A DNA stretch of 64,000 nucleotides from Candidatus Omnitrophota bacterium (GCA_016196545.1 JACPXM010000022.1:5064-69063); one strand, 5' to 3'. Numbered from the stretch's first letter, positions 8,802 to 19,202 are shown. Translations and numbers: made by a program. Notes: a model not told the origin generated them from the sequence alone.

Positions 8802-9607
8802 GCTTTGACCCCGACAAGGGCAATCCCCTTGCGATTGGCTTTTTGCACGAATTCTTCTTGATCCAAGAAAATGGTTTTTCCGGCTTCAAAACCCAAGGCC
8901 TCGGCTTTAACCTCAATGAGTTCTTTAAGAGTTCCAAGACCCACGGCGGGAATATCAAACCGCATGTCCTGACCGGGCTTGGCGACTTTGACCACCACCA
9001 CTTTTCCTCCGCCGAGCTCCCCACCACGGCGAATGGTGCGGTCGGTTCCTTCAATGGCTTCAACGGCCATAACCGCCCTATTTTTCACTACGACGGTTTG
9101 TCCGATGTCGGCGCCGGCAATCGATTTTGCGACTAAAAATCCAAAGTGAATGTCCCGCATGACCCCAGGGGAAGGTTTGCGTTTCCCTAAAATCCCCTCG
9201 CCGGGAAGCGCGTTTTTAAGAAATAATGTGGAGTCCAAAAGGTCAATCCCTTCCGAGTGCAGGTAATTTGCAACTGCACCCAGCAACGTGTCGTCTTTTC
9301 GGTCCCGGAGTTGAGCCATGACTTTTATCATCTCAAGGTCCGGACGAACATTGCCCTGAAAAATCCGCACCTTTTCCACCTTTCCTGCCATCAAGGCTTC
9401 ATGAACCGTATGCGCCCGGAAAAATTTTACGAGTTTTTTAAGTTCACCGAGCTTCACCCAAGTGAATTCATCCGCCATTTTTTCAAGCGCCGGATCCGCC
9501 TCTTTTTCAATGCCGCACACGGCCACTTGATAGCCTTCCCGTCTTGCCTCCTTGGCAGCAAGCAAAGGAAAGCGCCCATTTCCGGCAATAATACCAATCG
9601 TTTTCAC
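8798..9607 (-). CDS. lpxI: UDP-2,3-diacylglucosamine pyrophosphatase LpxI (DUF1009 family)
   Basis: 269-aa ORF with LpxI-like blocks (IGIIAGNGRFP.., GQTVVVKNRAVMAVEAIEGTDRTIRR). Directly follows lpxA. Confidence 0.8.
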   Translation of the reverse strand: MKTIGIIAGNGRFPLLAAKEARREGYQVAVCGIEKEADPALEKMADEFTWVKLGELKKLVKFFRAHTVHEALMAGKVEKVRIFQGNVRPDLEMIKVMAQLRDRKDDTLLGAVANYLHSEGIDLLDSTLFLKNALPGEGILGKRKPSPGVMRDIHFGFLVAKSIAGADIGQTVVVKNRAVMAVEAIEGTDRTIRRGGELGGGKVVVVKVAKPGQDMRFDIPAVGLGTLKELIEVKAEALGFEAGKTIFLDQEEFVQKANRKGIALVGVKA

Positions 9608-9635
9608 AAAAGTGTCCTTGCGGAGGTGTTTAATT

Positions 9636-10406
9636 TTAGCGACAGATGCCCCGCTGCGAAGTCCTTAAGAATTCCAGCAGATCCACCAGAACAGGGGGTG
9701 TGGGCGTAAACCCTTCGATTTTTAAAATGGCGTTTTTTAAAGTCAACTTCGACTTAAAAATGCTCTTGAATGCTTTTTTTAGCATCGCTTGATCCTCATC
9801 GGAAATCCCTTTTCGCTCAAGGCCCACGGTATTGAGGCCATAGGCGCGGGCCGGATGACCATCCACCAGCGTAAACGGAGGCACATCCTGCACGACTTTA
9901 GAACAACCCCCGATGAGCGCGAGTTTTCCGATTCTCACAAATTGATGAATACCGCTGAGTCCTCCGATAATGGCGTTGTCATCCACCCCCACATGACCGC
10001 CAAGCGTTGCCGCATTGGCCAATACCGTGTGATTGCGAATCACGCAATCATGCGCGACATGAACATAAGCCATCAACAAATTATCATCGCCAATGACGGT
10101 TTCGCTGCCATCTTTAGTCCCCGGATTAATCGTTACGTATTCACGAATAATATTGCGGTCTCCAATTTTTAAAAAACTAATGCCGCCCTCAAATTTTTTG
10201 TCCTGGGTACGGCTTCCGACAATGGCGCCCGTAAAAATTTCATTTTCCGCTCCGATCGTGGTGTGCCCTTCAATTTGGACGCGGGCCCCCACCCGGGTTT
10301 TTGGCCCGATTTTGACCGTCCCGGCCACCATCGAATAAGGACCTATCTCCACTCCCTCGCCCAGCTCGGCATCCGCCGAGACAATGGCCGTGGGATGAAG
10401 CGTCAC
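9636..10406 (-). CDS. lpxA: Acyl-ACP--UDP-N-acetylglucosamine O-acyltransferase
   Basis: Left-handed beta-helix hexapeptide repeats and an LpxA C-terminal domain. The ORF track begins at 10442. I prefer GTG at 10406 (GTGA overlap with the lpxC/fabZ stop), which gives the canonical (M)TLHPTAIV N-terminus. Confidence 0.85.
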   Translation of the reverse strand: MTLHPTAIVSADAELGEGVEIGPYSMVAGTVKIGPKTRVGARVQIEGHTTIGAENEIFTGAIVGSRTQDKKFEGGISFLKIGDRNIIREYVTINPGTKDGSETVIGDDNLLMAYVHVAHDCVIRNHTVLANAATLGGHVGVDDNAIIGGLSGIHQFVRIGKLALIGGCSKVVQDVPPFTLVDGHPARAYGLNTVGLERKGISDEDQAMLKKAFKSIFKSKLTLKNAILKIEGFTPTPPVLVDLLEFLRTSQRGICR

Positions 10407-11689
10407 GGTTCCACGACTGCGAATTTCACTTCCGCTTCGCATACTAATTTATCTCCCACAAAGGCCTGTCCCGCACATTGCCCGGTTTTGGCTCGAATTT
10501 TTTGAACTTTGATTTCAAAACGCAATTCATCCCCCGGCACTACAGGGTGACGAAACTTGGCGGAATCAATACTCATAAAATAAGCGATTTTATTCCGGTT
10601 TTCAGGTTTGCTTAGCATGATCACACCACCCACTTGGGCCATCGCTTCAATAATCAAAACACCGGGCATCACGGGATGGCCCGGAAAATGGCCCTGAAAA
10701 AAATAATCATTCATGCTCACCAATTTAAAACCCGTCGCGCACTCTCCCGGCACAAAGTGATCAATTCGATCCACAAAAAGAAAAGGGTAACGGTGGGGGA
10801 TGATTTTTTGTATGTCTTGAACGGTTAATTTAGAGGGCAGGGATGCCATAGGATCCTCCTTACAAGCGGCTATAATTTTTTTCACCATTTCGACATTGAG
10901 AGCATGGCCACTGCGGACGGCAATAATATGGCCGCGGATAGGGCGCCCCGCAAGGTATAAATCTCCCAGTAAATCCATCATTTTATGGCGGCAGGCTTCA
11001 TTTTCAAACCGAAGCGTGTTTTCAAGGGGGGCGTTTTTTTCAAACACAAGGGTATTTGTGAGATTCGCTCCCTTTCCAAATCCTTGTGCTAAAAGGGCCT
11101 CCGCTTCCTGTTTCAAACAGAAGGTGCGGGCCGGCGCAAGCTCCCTTTCAAAAATTTCCGGTAAAATTCGAAGCGAAAGAAACTGATCCTTCAAGTCTTC
11201 ATGCCGGTAACTCAAAGTATAGGAAATAGAAAAAAAAGGAGCCGGAAGCGCAATCACCGATTGGTTTCCCGAATCAACATAAAGAGGTTCCTTAATTTCA
11301 AGGTAGCGGCGGGGAGATTCCTGTTCCCTCAAGCCCCTCGAAAGAAAGGATTCCGTAAAATCCTTGGCGCTTCCGTCCATGGCCGGCATTTCGTCGCCGT
11401 CTACTTCAATTTCGGCATTATCGATACCAAGGCCGTGAAGCGCCCCCATAACATGCTCAATCGTGCGAACGACTCCCGTACCCACCCGGAGGGCGGTTTG
11501 CCGCATTTCATCGCTTTGAACGTTTTTAATCGAAGCCTTGGCTTTAAATTCGGGATCAAGATCAATGCGGCAGAAATGAATTCCTGTATTAACAGCGGCC
11601 GGTTTAACAACGGCCTTAACCGGTTGGCCGGTATGGAGACCCCTTCCCTCAAAAACAACCGGTCCCTGTAAGGTTTTTTGAAAGCTCAT
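10403..11689 (-). CDS. lpxC: Bifunctional UDP-3-O-acyl-GlcNAc deacetylase / 3-hydroxyacyl-ACP dehydratase (LpxC-FabZ fusion)
   Basis: 428-aa ORF. LpxC N-terminal part (..[10 protein letters not shown].., ..[16 protein letters not shown]..) joined to a FabZ hot-dog domain ([23 protein letters not shown]). Confidence 0.9.
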   Translation of the reverse strand: MSFQKTLQGPVVFEGRGLHTGQPVKAVVKPAAVNTGIHFCRIDLDPEFKAKASIKNVQSDEMRQTALRVGTGVVRTIEHVMGALHGLGIDNAEIEVDGDEMPAMDGSAKDFTESFLSRGLREQESPRRYLEIKEPLYVDSGNQSVIALPAPFFSISYTLSYRHEDLKDQFLSLRILPEIFERELAPARTFCLKQEAEALLAQGFGKGANLTNTLVFEKNAPLENTLRFENEACRHKMMDLLGDLYLAGRPIRGHIIAVRSGHALNVEMVKKIIAACKEDPMASLPSKLTVQDIQKIIPHRYPFLFVDRIDHFVPGECATGFKLVSMNDYFFQGHFPGHPVMPGVLIIEAMAQVGGVIMLSKPENRNKIAYFMSIDSAKFRHPVVPGDELRFEIKVQKIRAKTGQCAGQAFVGDKLVCEAEVKFAVVEP

Positions 11690-12213
11690 TTTTTCTTCTT
11701 TGCATACTCCTTATTGAGATCATTCAAGATTTCGAGCGTCAAATCGTATTTGGCGTGATGGTAAAGGAGGGCCCGTTCATTAAACACAAAATCCAGCCCC
11801 TTCTTTTCTCCCACACGGTGAATCGTGTCGTCGATTTCTTTAAAAATTTCACGTACGATTTTATTTCGCTCCGTGCCTAATTCTTGTTTGGCGCGGCGGT
11901 CAAAATCCTGAAGCTCCCGCATTTTTGTTTCCATCAATTCCTGCTTTTTGAGCTTTGCCTCATCCGACAAAAGCACCAGTTCATCCTTCAGCTGCCGGAC
12001 TTCATGAACCAGCGCATCACGTTCTTCTTCCTTCTTTTTTCCGGCCTTTTGCAAAGTCGTATCATTGTCTTTTGTTTTTTGAAATTCATCAAAAACCTTG
12101 GCGATATCAACATAGCCAACTTTCGAGGTATCGACCGCAAATGCAGAAGCGGCTCCGAGGGTTCCGAAAATAAGCGTGAAGATAACGAATAAAACAGTGC
12201 GGTTTTGATTCAT
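11686..12213 (-). CDS. Periplasmic chaperone Skp/OmpH family
   Basis: 175-aa ORF with a signal peptide and a K/E-rich coiled-coil sequence. It occupies the classic position between bamA and the lpx genes. Confidence 0.8.
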   Translation of the reverse strand: MNQNRTVLFVIFTLIFGTLGAASAFAVDTSKVGYVDIAKVFDEFQKTKDNDTTLQKAGKKKEEERDALVHEVRQLKDELVLLSDEAKLKKQELMETKMRELQDFDRRAKQELGTERNKIVREIFKEIDDTIHRVGEKKGLDFVFNERALLYHHAKYDLTLEILNDLNKEYAKKKK

Positions 12214-12240
12214 GGCAACTCCTCCTTAAAGTGAAAATCT

Positions 12241-14646
12241 TTAAAAGCCGCGGCTTAAACTAAACTCAAACCGGCCATTGCGGTCTTCCGTATCGCGGTT
12301 GGCAATGGGAAAACCGTAATAAAAAGCAACCGGGCCAATCGGGGTTTTAATCTTAATGCCGGGACCAATACTTACGGCGAATTCGTCAAAATCAATGTTG
12401 TAGGAATCCGGATTCACATGACCCACATCGATAAATCCAGCTAAACGGAAGGCCTCGAGTTTCGGAATGGGAAAGGTATACTCCAAATTTGCAAGGGCAA
12501 GGGTTTCGCCTCCCACAGCATCCCCGGCCTCAATGGGTCCGACGCGCCGGTAATTAAATCCACGGACGGTCCCCAAACCCCCGGCGTAAAAGCGGTCAAA
12601 AATCGGGACCTCTTCGGAATCCCCGAATTCCTGCGCCGTGGCCAGCTGAAGTCGTGTCTCAACCGTATGTTTTTTAAAGAAAGTCCAGTACTTTGTGATT
12701 CCGGTATTCAAAACATAAAAATCCTGGTCCCCTCCAAGAAAACTTCCCACGAGCTCACCGTTTAAATTTGCGATAAGGCCTTTGGTGGGGTTAAAGACAT
12801 TGTCGCGCGTGTCATAGGTCGTGAACGCCTTCCAACGCGAAAGCCAATTGCGGCCCGCAAAGTCCCGTACGGTACGCGGCGCGTCATCCGAAATATCATC
12901 GAGCTCCACCCGTTCGAGCGTATAGCCCGATCCGAGACGGAACACGTCCTTAAAAAGCCTGGATAAGGTCACGCTGAAACCACGCCGCTCTTCATCAAAA
13001 TCCACATTGCGATTGTCGCGGCGGACATTAAAAACATCGGTCCCCAAGGAAACCGGCTTGTTAAAAAGATAGGGCTCATAAAAACTGACATTGTAATCCT
13101 GGCTGATGGAACCGACGCGGGCCCGTATGGCCAGGGACTGTCCGCCGCCCGTAAATCGCGGCCAATTTAAAAGGTCGAAATTGCGCTGCGAAATTTCCGC
13201 AAAACCGACAAAACGGTCAATCGAACTGACGCCACCGCCGAAGGAAAGTTCTCCCGTCCGCTTTTCTTTGACTCGAAAGATAAGGTCCTTTCGGTTGGTC
13301 GCCTGCGTGGAGGGCTCGGTGTCATAAGTAACCTCTTCAAAGAAACCCAGATTTTCAAGCCTCTGTTTGGATTTTCTCAGTTTTTCACCGTCAAAACGCT
13401 CCCCTGGACGAATACGAAGTTCGCGGCGAATCACACGGTCCCGCGTCTTCGTGTTACCGCGGATAATCACCTTCTCGACAAAATAAAGATCCCCTTCTTG
13501 GATTTGATAAACGATGTCCACTTTCCCGCTCTCGCGGTTAAGCTTCACATCCGGTAGAATACGGGCGTCCATATACCCGCGCTCTTCGTAGTATTCCCGG
13601 ACTTTCTCGAGTTCCTTAGCCAAATAATATTGGGAATAGGTGCTGCCGGGAAGCATTTCAAGCCTCTGCCAGATTTCGGATTCGGGAAAAAGCCGATTTC
13701 CTTCAATGCGAAGCTCCCCCGTCACATAATGTTTTCCTTCATCCACCAGGATTTTAATGAAAATCCAGTTTTTCGCGCGGTCGTACTCGAATTCCGGCGT
13801 TACTTTTACATCGAGATAACCTTCCTGCTGATAAAAGAGCTGAAGCCGTTCCACGTCTTGTTCAAATTCATCGTGCTTAAAAATCCCCCGGCGAATCCAG
13901 CCCTTCTTTTTCGTTTTCATAAGCTTTCGTAATCTTTTATGCTTCATGGAATCGGCACCTTCAAAAATAATCGTTTTGATTCTGTATTTGGCGCCTTCTT
14001 CAATGCGGACATAAACCGTTGCCTCTTTCGCATCGCGATTTACATCAACTTCGGATTGCACATCCACAAATTTAAAACCCTTGTCCCGATAAAGCTTTCG
14101 GATGGCTTCAACTCCCTGTTTGACCGCACGTTGATCGAGAATTTGTCCCTCGATAAATTTCAATTCCTTGCGAAGTTTCTCGTCATTAAATTTGGTAAAT
14201 CCTTCGAGAATAATTTGTTTGACGACGGGTTTTTCAACCACGCGGACGATTAATTTGTATCCCTCCGCAAGCTCTTCGATTTCCATTTTAATGTCATGAA
14301 AAAAACCGGTTGCATAAAGTCGCTTAATGTCCTCATTGATCGTTTCTTGGACAAGTGCCCCGCCCTTTTGGGATTTAATCTTTCCAAGTATGGTGCTTGT
14401 GCTGACAATTTGATTTCCTACGACTTCCAGTTCAATCACGCGATTGGGCCGCTCTTCTTGGGCCGTTTCTGGAGTCTCAGCTGTTGAAGTTTCAGTTTCT
14501 TGCCTCGGAGCGGCAGGGGGGCTCGCAGGGGCCTCTGCTTCTTGAGAGGACGCCGCGGGCTTCTGCTCTTCCTCGGCGCAAAGGTAAAAGACAAAGCTCA
14601 ACCCCATAAAAAACAAAAAAATAAGGAGGAGCCGTTTACCGAACAT
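12241..14646 (-). CDS. bamA: Outer membrane protein assembly factor BamA
   Basis: 801-aa ORF with a signal peptide, POTRA-like repeats and an Omp85 beta-barrel ending in ..RFEFSLSRGF. Confidence 0.93.
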   Translation of the reverse strand: MFGKRLLLIFLFFMGLSFVFYLCAEEEQKPAASSQEAEAPASPPAAPRQETETSTAETPETAQEERPNRVIELEVVGNQIVSTSTILGKIKSQKGGALVQETINEDIKRLYATGFFHDIKMEIEELAEGYKLIVRVVEKPVVKQIILEGFTKFNDEKLRKELKFIEGQILDQRAVKQGVEAIRKLYRDKGFKFVDVQSEVDVNRDAKEATVYVRIEEGAKYRIKTIIFEGADSMKHKRLRKLMKTKKKGWIRRGIFKHDEFEQDVERLQLFYQQEGYLDVKVTPEFEYDRAKNWIFIKILVDEGKHYVTGELRIEGNRLFPESEIWQRLEMLPGSTYSQYYLAKELEKVREYYEERGYMDARILPDVKLNRESGKVDIVYQIQEGDLYFVEKVIIRGNTKTRDRVIRRELRIRPGERFDGEKLRKSKQRLENLGFFEEVTYDTEPSTQATNRKDLIFRVKEKRTGELSFGGGVSSIDRFVGFAEISQRNFDLLNWPRFTGGGQSLAIRARVGSISQDYNVSFYEPYLFNKPVSLGTDVFNVRRDNRNVDFDEERRGFSVTLSRLFKDVFRLGSGYTLERVELDDISDDAPRTVRDFAGRNWLSRWKAFTTYDTRDNVFNPTKGLIANLNGELVGSFLGGDQDFYVLNTGITKYWTFFKKHTVETRLQLATAQEFGDSEEVPIFDRFYAGGLGTVRGFNYRRVGPIEAGDAVGGETLALANLEYTFPIPKLEAFRLAGFIDVGHVNPDSYNIDFDEFAVSIGPGIKIKTPIGPVAFYYGFPIANRDTEDRNGRFEFSLSRGF

Positions 14647-16013
14647 TAAGATTCCACCCGCTGGAATTCAGGATTTTCAAAACGGGTCCATTCCTTGAGA
14701 AAGACCAAGTTGACGTTGCCAGTCGGGCCATTGCGCTGTTTGGAGATAATCGCTTCCGCCTTGTTGCGTAGGGCGTCATCATCCGGTTTGTAATATTCTT
14801 CACGAAAAAGAAATACGACGACGTCGGCATCTTGTTCAATGGCTCCAGATTCTCGAAGATCCGAAAGCTGAGGGCGATTTCCCGTACGCGTTTCTACCGC
14901 ACGCGAAAGCTGGCTGACAGCGATCACAGGAACCTTAAGTTCACGGGCCAGCGCTTTGAGAGAGCGTGAAATTTCCGAAATTTCTTGTTGCCGATTTTCC
15001 GACCCTCCGGTGCCCTGCATTAACTGCAAATAGTCCACCACCACCAATTGAATATCATATTGCATTTTCATCCGCCGGGCCTTGGCCCGCACTTCGAGCA
15101 CGGTTTGTCCCGGTGTATCATCGATAAAAATCGGAGATTCCGAAAGTTTTCCGGCAGCCGCTGTAAGTTTTGGCCAATCCTGGTGAGAGAGATAACCCGT
15201 CCGCACCTTTTGAGCGTCCACACGGCCGTGGGAGCAAAGCATGCGCTGAACCAATTGCTCCTTGCTCATTTCCAGAGAAAAGAAGGCAATCGGCTTCTTT
15301 AAATGGATTCCAATATGTTCGCAAACCGAACTCACAAAGGCCGATTTTCCCATAGAGGGGCGGCCGGCAACAATGACAAGGTCGGAAGGCTGAAAACCTG
15401 AAGTTTTGGTATCAAAATCATGAAAACCACTGGCAAGCCCCGTAACATGCTCTTTCCTTTGATAGAGCTTATCAATGGTTTCCATACTGTCGTGGATAAT
15501 GTCTTTTAAGGAATAAAATTTTCCTTCGATCCGGTGCTGGCTAATGTCAAAGATCATGCGCTCTGCCTGATCCAGAAGAAGCGTGACGTCCCCTTCCGGC
15601 TCAAAGCAATGCTGGACAATTTCGGTTGAGCGGTGAATCAAATTCCTGAGAATGGCCTTTTCTTTGACGATTCGTGCGTAATGGTCGACATGGGCCGCCG
15701 TTGCAACCAAACTTGTCAACTGCGTCAAAAAACTGACGCCACCGATTTCTTCAAGTTGTCTTGTTTTTTTTAGTTCTTCAGAAACTGTGACCAAATCCAC
15801 GGGCTGGTTTTTTTCAAAAAGCGCCTGCATCGCCGAGAAAATTTTACGGTGAGGATCGTCGTAAAACTGATCCGCGGTCACTAACTCCAAGGCGCGGACA
15901 AGGGCAGCTTCTTCAAGGAGCATAGAACCGAGAACGTGCACTTCCGCGTCCCGGTTTTGAGGGGGAACTTTTTCAAGAAGATTCCAGGATGAACCTTGCA
16001 TTGGCAATGCCAT
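14646..16013 (-). CDS. dnaB: Replicative DNA helicase DnaB
   Basis: 455-aa ORF with a DnaB N-terminal domain and a RecA-like core (GRPSMGKSAF Walker A, ..VVVDYLQLM..). Confidence 0.95.
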   Translation of the reverse strand: MALPMQGSSWNLLEKVPPQNRDAEVHVLGSMLLEEAALVRALELVTADQFYDDPHRKIFSAMQALFEKNQPVDLVTVSEELKKTRQLEEIGGVSFLTQLTSLVATAAHVDHYARIVKEKAILRNLIHRSTEIVQHCFEPEGDVTLLLDQAERMIFDISQHRIEGKFYSLKDIIHDSMETIDKLYQRKEHVTGLASGFHDFDTKTSGFQPSDLVIVAGRPSMGKSAFVSSVCEHIGIHLKKPIAFFSLEMSKEQLVQRMLCSHGRVDAQKVRTGYLSHQDWPKLTAAAGKLSESPIFIDDTPGQTVLEVRAKARRMKMQYDIQLVVVDYLQLMQGTGGSENRQQEISEISRSLKALARELKVPVIAVSQLSRAVETRTGNRPQLSDLRESGAIEQDADVVVFLFREEYYKPDDDALRNKAEAIISKQRNGPTGNVNLVFLKEWTRFENPEFQRVES

Positions 16014-16051
16014 GCCTTAAATCCCTAATCTTTAAAGTAGAAAGCCGGTGA

Positions 16052-16498
16052 TTAAGACTTGCGTATAACTTCGAGAGCTACGATCGCTTTCACTTCTGAA
16101 TAGAGTTCGACCGTTACTTCATAGGAGCCCAAGGAGTGGATGGCTTCTTTTAAATGGATATGTTTTTTGTCCACTCGGTAGCCCTGGTGCTCTAAAGCCT
16201 CGCGGATCTGATCGCTGGTGACGGAACCAAAAAGCTTGTCCTGTTCTCCGGCTCGCGCCTCCAGTACAATTTTTATCTTGCTAAGACGGGCGGCCGTGGC
16301 TTGGGCTTCTAATTTTTCATTTTCACGCCGTGCAAGGGCCCTTGTTTTCTGATCTTGCACAAACGCTTGATTGGCCTTCGTGCTCGCTAAAGCAAGCTTT
16401 CTGGGAAGAAGAAAATTCCGGCCAAAACCATCTCGCACGCGAACGACCTCGCCCTTACGTCCCACTTTTTCAACATCCATAAGGAGAATAAGTTCCAT
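16052..16498 (-). CDS. rplI: 50S ribosomal protein L9
   Basis: 148-aa ORF, MELILLMDVEKVGRKGEVVRVRDGFGRNFL.., in the conserved rpsR-rplI-dnaB order. Confidence 0.93.
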   Translation of the reverse strand: MELILLMDVEKVGRKGEVVRVRDGFGRNFLLPRKLALASTKANQAFVQDQKTRALARRENEKLEAQATAARLSKIKIVLEARAGEQDKLFGSVTSDQIREALEHQGYRVDKKHIHLKEAIHSLGSYEVTVELYSEVKAIVALEVIRKS

Positions 16499-16516
16499 AA
16501 CGGATTCGCCTCCTTG

Positions 16517-16840
16517 CTAATCAATTTGAAACGCGACAAACCCGATATGTCGGGCGCGCTTAATGACACGGGCAAGCCGGCGCTGGCATTTGGCGCAATT
16601 GCCAGTAATGCGACGGGGAATAATTTTCCCCTTTTCCGTAAGGAACCGCGTTAGCCGCTCAAGATCCTTATAATCCAGCGGGTTGCCTTTTTCGGCACAA
16701 AAGCGGCATGTTTTCCTTTTAAAAAATCGTCCGGACGGCCTTTCGCCTCCGGGGCCCTGATAGGGTCCTCGGGTTTCGCGCTTTCGATCTCCCGCGGGTC
16801 TCGGTCCACGGCCCATGGGTTTTCTTGCTATATACGGCAT
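16517..16840 (-). CDS. rpsR: 30S ribosomal protein S18 (RG-rich N-terminal extension)
   Basis: S18 core (..CRFC..IDYKD..LTRFLTEKGKIIPRRITG..KCQRRLARVIKRARHIG). ATG at 16840 is preceded by AAGGAG. The 202-aa track ORF runs into ssb and is an over-extension. Confidence 0.88.
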   Translation of the reverse strand: MPYIARKPMGRGPRPAGDRKRETRGPYQGPGGERPSGRFFKRKTCRFCAEKGNPLDYKDLERLTRFLTEKGKIIPRRITGNCAKCQRRLARVIKRARHIGFVAFQID

Positions 16841-16865
16841 TCTGAGTCTCCTTTGATCGCTTAAT

Positions 16866-17354
16866 TTAGAAGGGGATGTCTTCTTCGGACTCTGAAGATT
16901 TCCCGCGGGAAGAGGCCCCTTTTGGGGAAACGTTTTCTGCGGCCTCTTCGTAAAGCGCGGTGTCCGCTTCCTGGACTTGAGGAATTTCTCCGGTCTCCGT
17001 AGAGGCCCCGCCACTGCGCGGTGCCCGGGGCAGAAACTGAACACTCTGCGCAACCACTTCTGTGGTGGAACGCTTCGAGCCGTCTTGCGCTTCCCAGCTT
17101 CGTGTTTGTAACCGGCCCTCCACAAATGCGGGACTTCCTTTTTTTAAATACTCATTGCAAACTTCTCCCAGCCTTCCCCAGACCACGACACGGATAAAAC
17201 TAACTTCTTCTTTTTTTTCACCGCTTTGAGAAGCATAGGCACGATTCACGGCCAACGTGAAAGAAGTGACCGCCTGACCGGAAGGAATATAACGAAGCTC
17301 GGGGTCGCGCGTTAAATTTCCCATCAAAAGAACTTTATTAAAACTGGCTGGCAT
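16866..17354 (-). CDS. ssb: Single-stranded DNA-binding protein
   Basis: 162-aa ORF with an OB fold (NKVLLMGNLTRDPELRY..) and an acidic C-terminal tip ..SEEDIPF. Confidence 0.93.
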   Translation of the reverse strand: MPASFNKVLLMGNLTRDPELRYIPSGQAVTSFTLAVNRAYASQSGEKKEEVSFIRVVVWGRLGEVCNEYLKKGSPAFVEGRLQTRSWEAQDGSKRSTTEVVAQSVQFLPRAPRSGGASTETGEIPQVQEADTALYEEAAENVSPKGASSRGKSSESEEDIPF

Positions 17355-17385
17355 GGTAGAAAATCCCTTTCCGATTCAAACTTCT

Positions 17386-17787
17386 TTAATGAGTCGTAAC
17401 GGGGGGATGAGGATGCGTGCCCGCCCCCGCGCTACGGTGTTGAGACGGAGGCGCTTTAACGGCTGCGGGCGCTGGTTTCGTCTTCGGTTTTTTTTCCCTT
17501 TTGACGCTCTTCACGGTAATCATAAACGTCAAAAGTCCCTCAAATAATTGCAGGGCTTTTCGAAGTTCCTGCATCTGGGCAGGATCAAGCTCAAACTCCA
17601 CAGTGGCGAGGGTCCCCTCGCGCTGTTTTTTGATCCCATAACCCAAAGGCCGCCTGCCTAAATCCATTTTTTCACGGACTTGACCGCCCAGTTTTTTAAT
17701 CAGCTCTTCAAGCGTCTTTAGCTGCTGGGTTTTTGCGTCCTGAGACGGCTCTGAGTGAAAAACAAATGCTCCATCATACCATCGCAT
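17386..17787 (-). CDS. rpsF: 30S ribosomal protein S6 (with C-terminal tail)
   Basis: 133-aa ORF with an S6-like N-terminal ~95 aa. It is the first gene of the rpsF-ssb-rpsR-rplI block. Confidence 0.88.
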   Translation of the reverse strand: MRWYDGAFVFHSEPSQDAKTQQLKTLEELIKKLGGQVREKMDLGRRPLGYGIKKQREGTLATVEFELDPAQMQELRKALQLFEGLLTFMITVKSVKREKKPKTKPAPAAVKAPPSQHRSAGAGTHPHPPVTTH

Positions 17788-17835
17788 GCTTTGTCTCCAT
17801 TCTAAATTGAACTGAGTATTGCCGAAAGAGCGTAC

Positions 17836-17864
17836 AATCTAACACAAATCAGCTTGTCTAGCAA
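17836..17864 (-). promoter_or_regulatory. Candidate sigma-70 promoter of the rpsF operon
   Basis: Minus strand: TTGCTA (17864-17859), 17-nt spacer, TGT-TAGATT (extended -10; hexamer 17841-17836). It lies about 50 nt upstream of the rpsF ATG. Confidence 0.4.
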
Positions 17865-17894
17865 GCCTGGATTTTATCATTAACCTTTTATAAA

Positions 17895-18488
17895 TCAAGG
17901 GTTTACGGCATTCATTGCGGAGGCCATGGATGCCGTAACCCACAAATGACAGGCTTGAAACCCCTTTTGCCAAATGAGCTCAAAATTTTTTTTCTCTTCA
18001 GAACTAAATTTGGACAACAGAAAATCCTCTAAAAGAACTCCAGAATTTTTCCAGGACTTGGAGAGACTCTCCGCAGGAGGGGCAACTCCCACCCGAAGAC
18101 GAGGATAATGAGATGTTGCCAAAGCAAGATTGATGGATCTAAGCCCGTTGTGGCCCCCGTCCGATCCCTTGGCACGAAGCCGAAATTTTCCAAAGGGAAG
18201 AGCTGCGTCATCTACGATCACCAAAAGTTCGCGGGATCGATCGACTTGCCAATGCCGGAGGAGAAGGCCTACGCTTTCCCCCGAAAGATTCATATAAGTT
18301 TCGGGAACAGCCAAAAGCACCGATTCCCCTTCCCATTCCACCTGCGCGAGAAGGGATTGATCGCGGGTTTTTCTTTCTAAGGTTTTCTCAAAATGACGGG
18401 CCAGAGATTGCACGAGCATTTTACCGGCATTGTGCCGCGTACCGTCATATTTTTTTCCGGGATTACCGAGCCCGACAATGAGCCGCAC
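17895..18488 (-). CDS. pth: Peptidyl-tRNA hydrolase
   Basis: 197-aa ORF, MRLIVGLGNPGKKYDGTRHNAG.. and ..GGHNGLRSI.. signatures. Confidence 0.93.
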   Translation of the reverse strand: MRLIVGLGNPGKKYDGTRHNAGKMLVQSLARHFEKTLERKTRDQSLLAQVEWEGESVLLAVPETYMNLSGESVGLLLRHWQVDRSRELLVIVDDAALPFGKFRLRAKGSDGGHNGLRSINLALATSHYPRLRVGVAPPAESLSKSWKNSGVLLEDFLLSKFSSEEKKNFELIWQKGFQACHLWVTASMASAMNAVNP

Positions 18489-18494
18489 AAGGAT

Positions 18495-19202
18495 TTACTC
18501 TTTTTTATCCGTTTTTGGCGCGGCTGCTTTGGCGGAAGGGGGAGCTTCTTCACCTTCTTCAACTTCCAGCTTCTTGCCCTTTTCTATGACTTCAGGCTGA
18601 GTCGGGGCCTCTTCGGTGGCCGGCAATTCTTCTTTGGCCGGCGGATGAAGCGCAACGATGACTTCGTCTGCGTCGATTTTGCATTCCACGCCCGCGGGGA
18701 GTTGAATTTCACGCATATGGACGGAGTCTCCGATTTTCATCGCTTTCACGTCCACGATAATTTTCTCAGGGATTTGGGTTGGAAGACACTCCACCTCAAT
18801 TTCGTGATGCACAACATCGAGCACGCCTCCCTCTTTGACGCCGGCCGCCTCTTCGGCATGCTGTGTCACCAGCGGAACCTTGACTTGAATTTTCTCAGTC
18901 AGAGAAATGACGGTAAAATCGACATGCGCCACTTCATCCGTGATGGGATGATGCTGAATGTCCTTAATGCGGCAAGTGGATTCCTTAAGTTGAAGACCGC
19001 TCACCTGAAGATCAATGAGCACGTTTTCACCGGCCTTGGTATGAAGCGCTGTTTGAAAATCACGCGTCACGATTTCGAGGGCCAACGGCTTAATTCCATG
19101 GCCATAGAGAATGGCTGGAAGGGCCCCCCTTGTGCGGACCGCTTTTGTGGATTTCTTGCCCACTTCCGCCCTCGGTTTTGCTTGAAGTTTCATGGTTTGC
19201 AT
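18495..19202 (-). CDS. rplY: 50S ribosomal protein L25 / general stress protein Ctc (long form)
   Basis: 235-aa ORF with the L25/Ctc two-domain sequence (..RTRGALPAILYGHG..) plus an E/A/K-rich tail. Confidence 0.88.
   Translation of the reverse strand: MQTMKLQAKPRAEVGKKSTKAVRTRGALPAILYGHGIKPLALEIVTRDFQTALHTKAGENVLIDLQVSGLQLKESTCRIKDIQHHPITDEVAHVDFTVISLTEKIQVKVPLVTQHAEEAAGVKEGGVLDVVHHEIEVECLPTQIPEKIIVDVKAMKIGDSVHMREIQLPAGVECKIDADEVIVALHPPAKEELPATEEAPTQPEVIEKGKKLEVEEGEEAPPSAKAAAPKTDKKE

Noticed and set aside
16517-17125. 202-aa ORF suggesting a much longer S18 or an S18 fusion
   Set aside because: The upstream 95 codons overlap ssb in another frame. An internal ATG at 16840 with an AAGGAG site gives a normal S18 core with a modest N-terminal extension.
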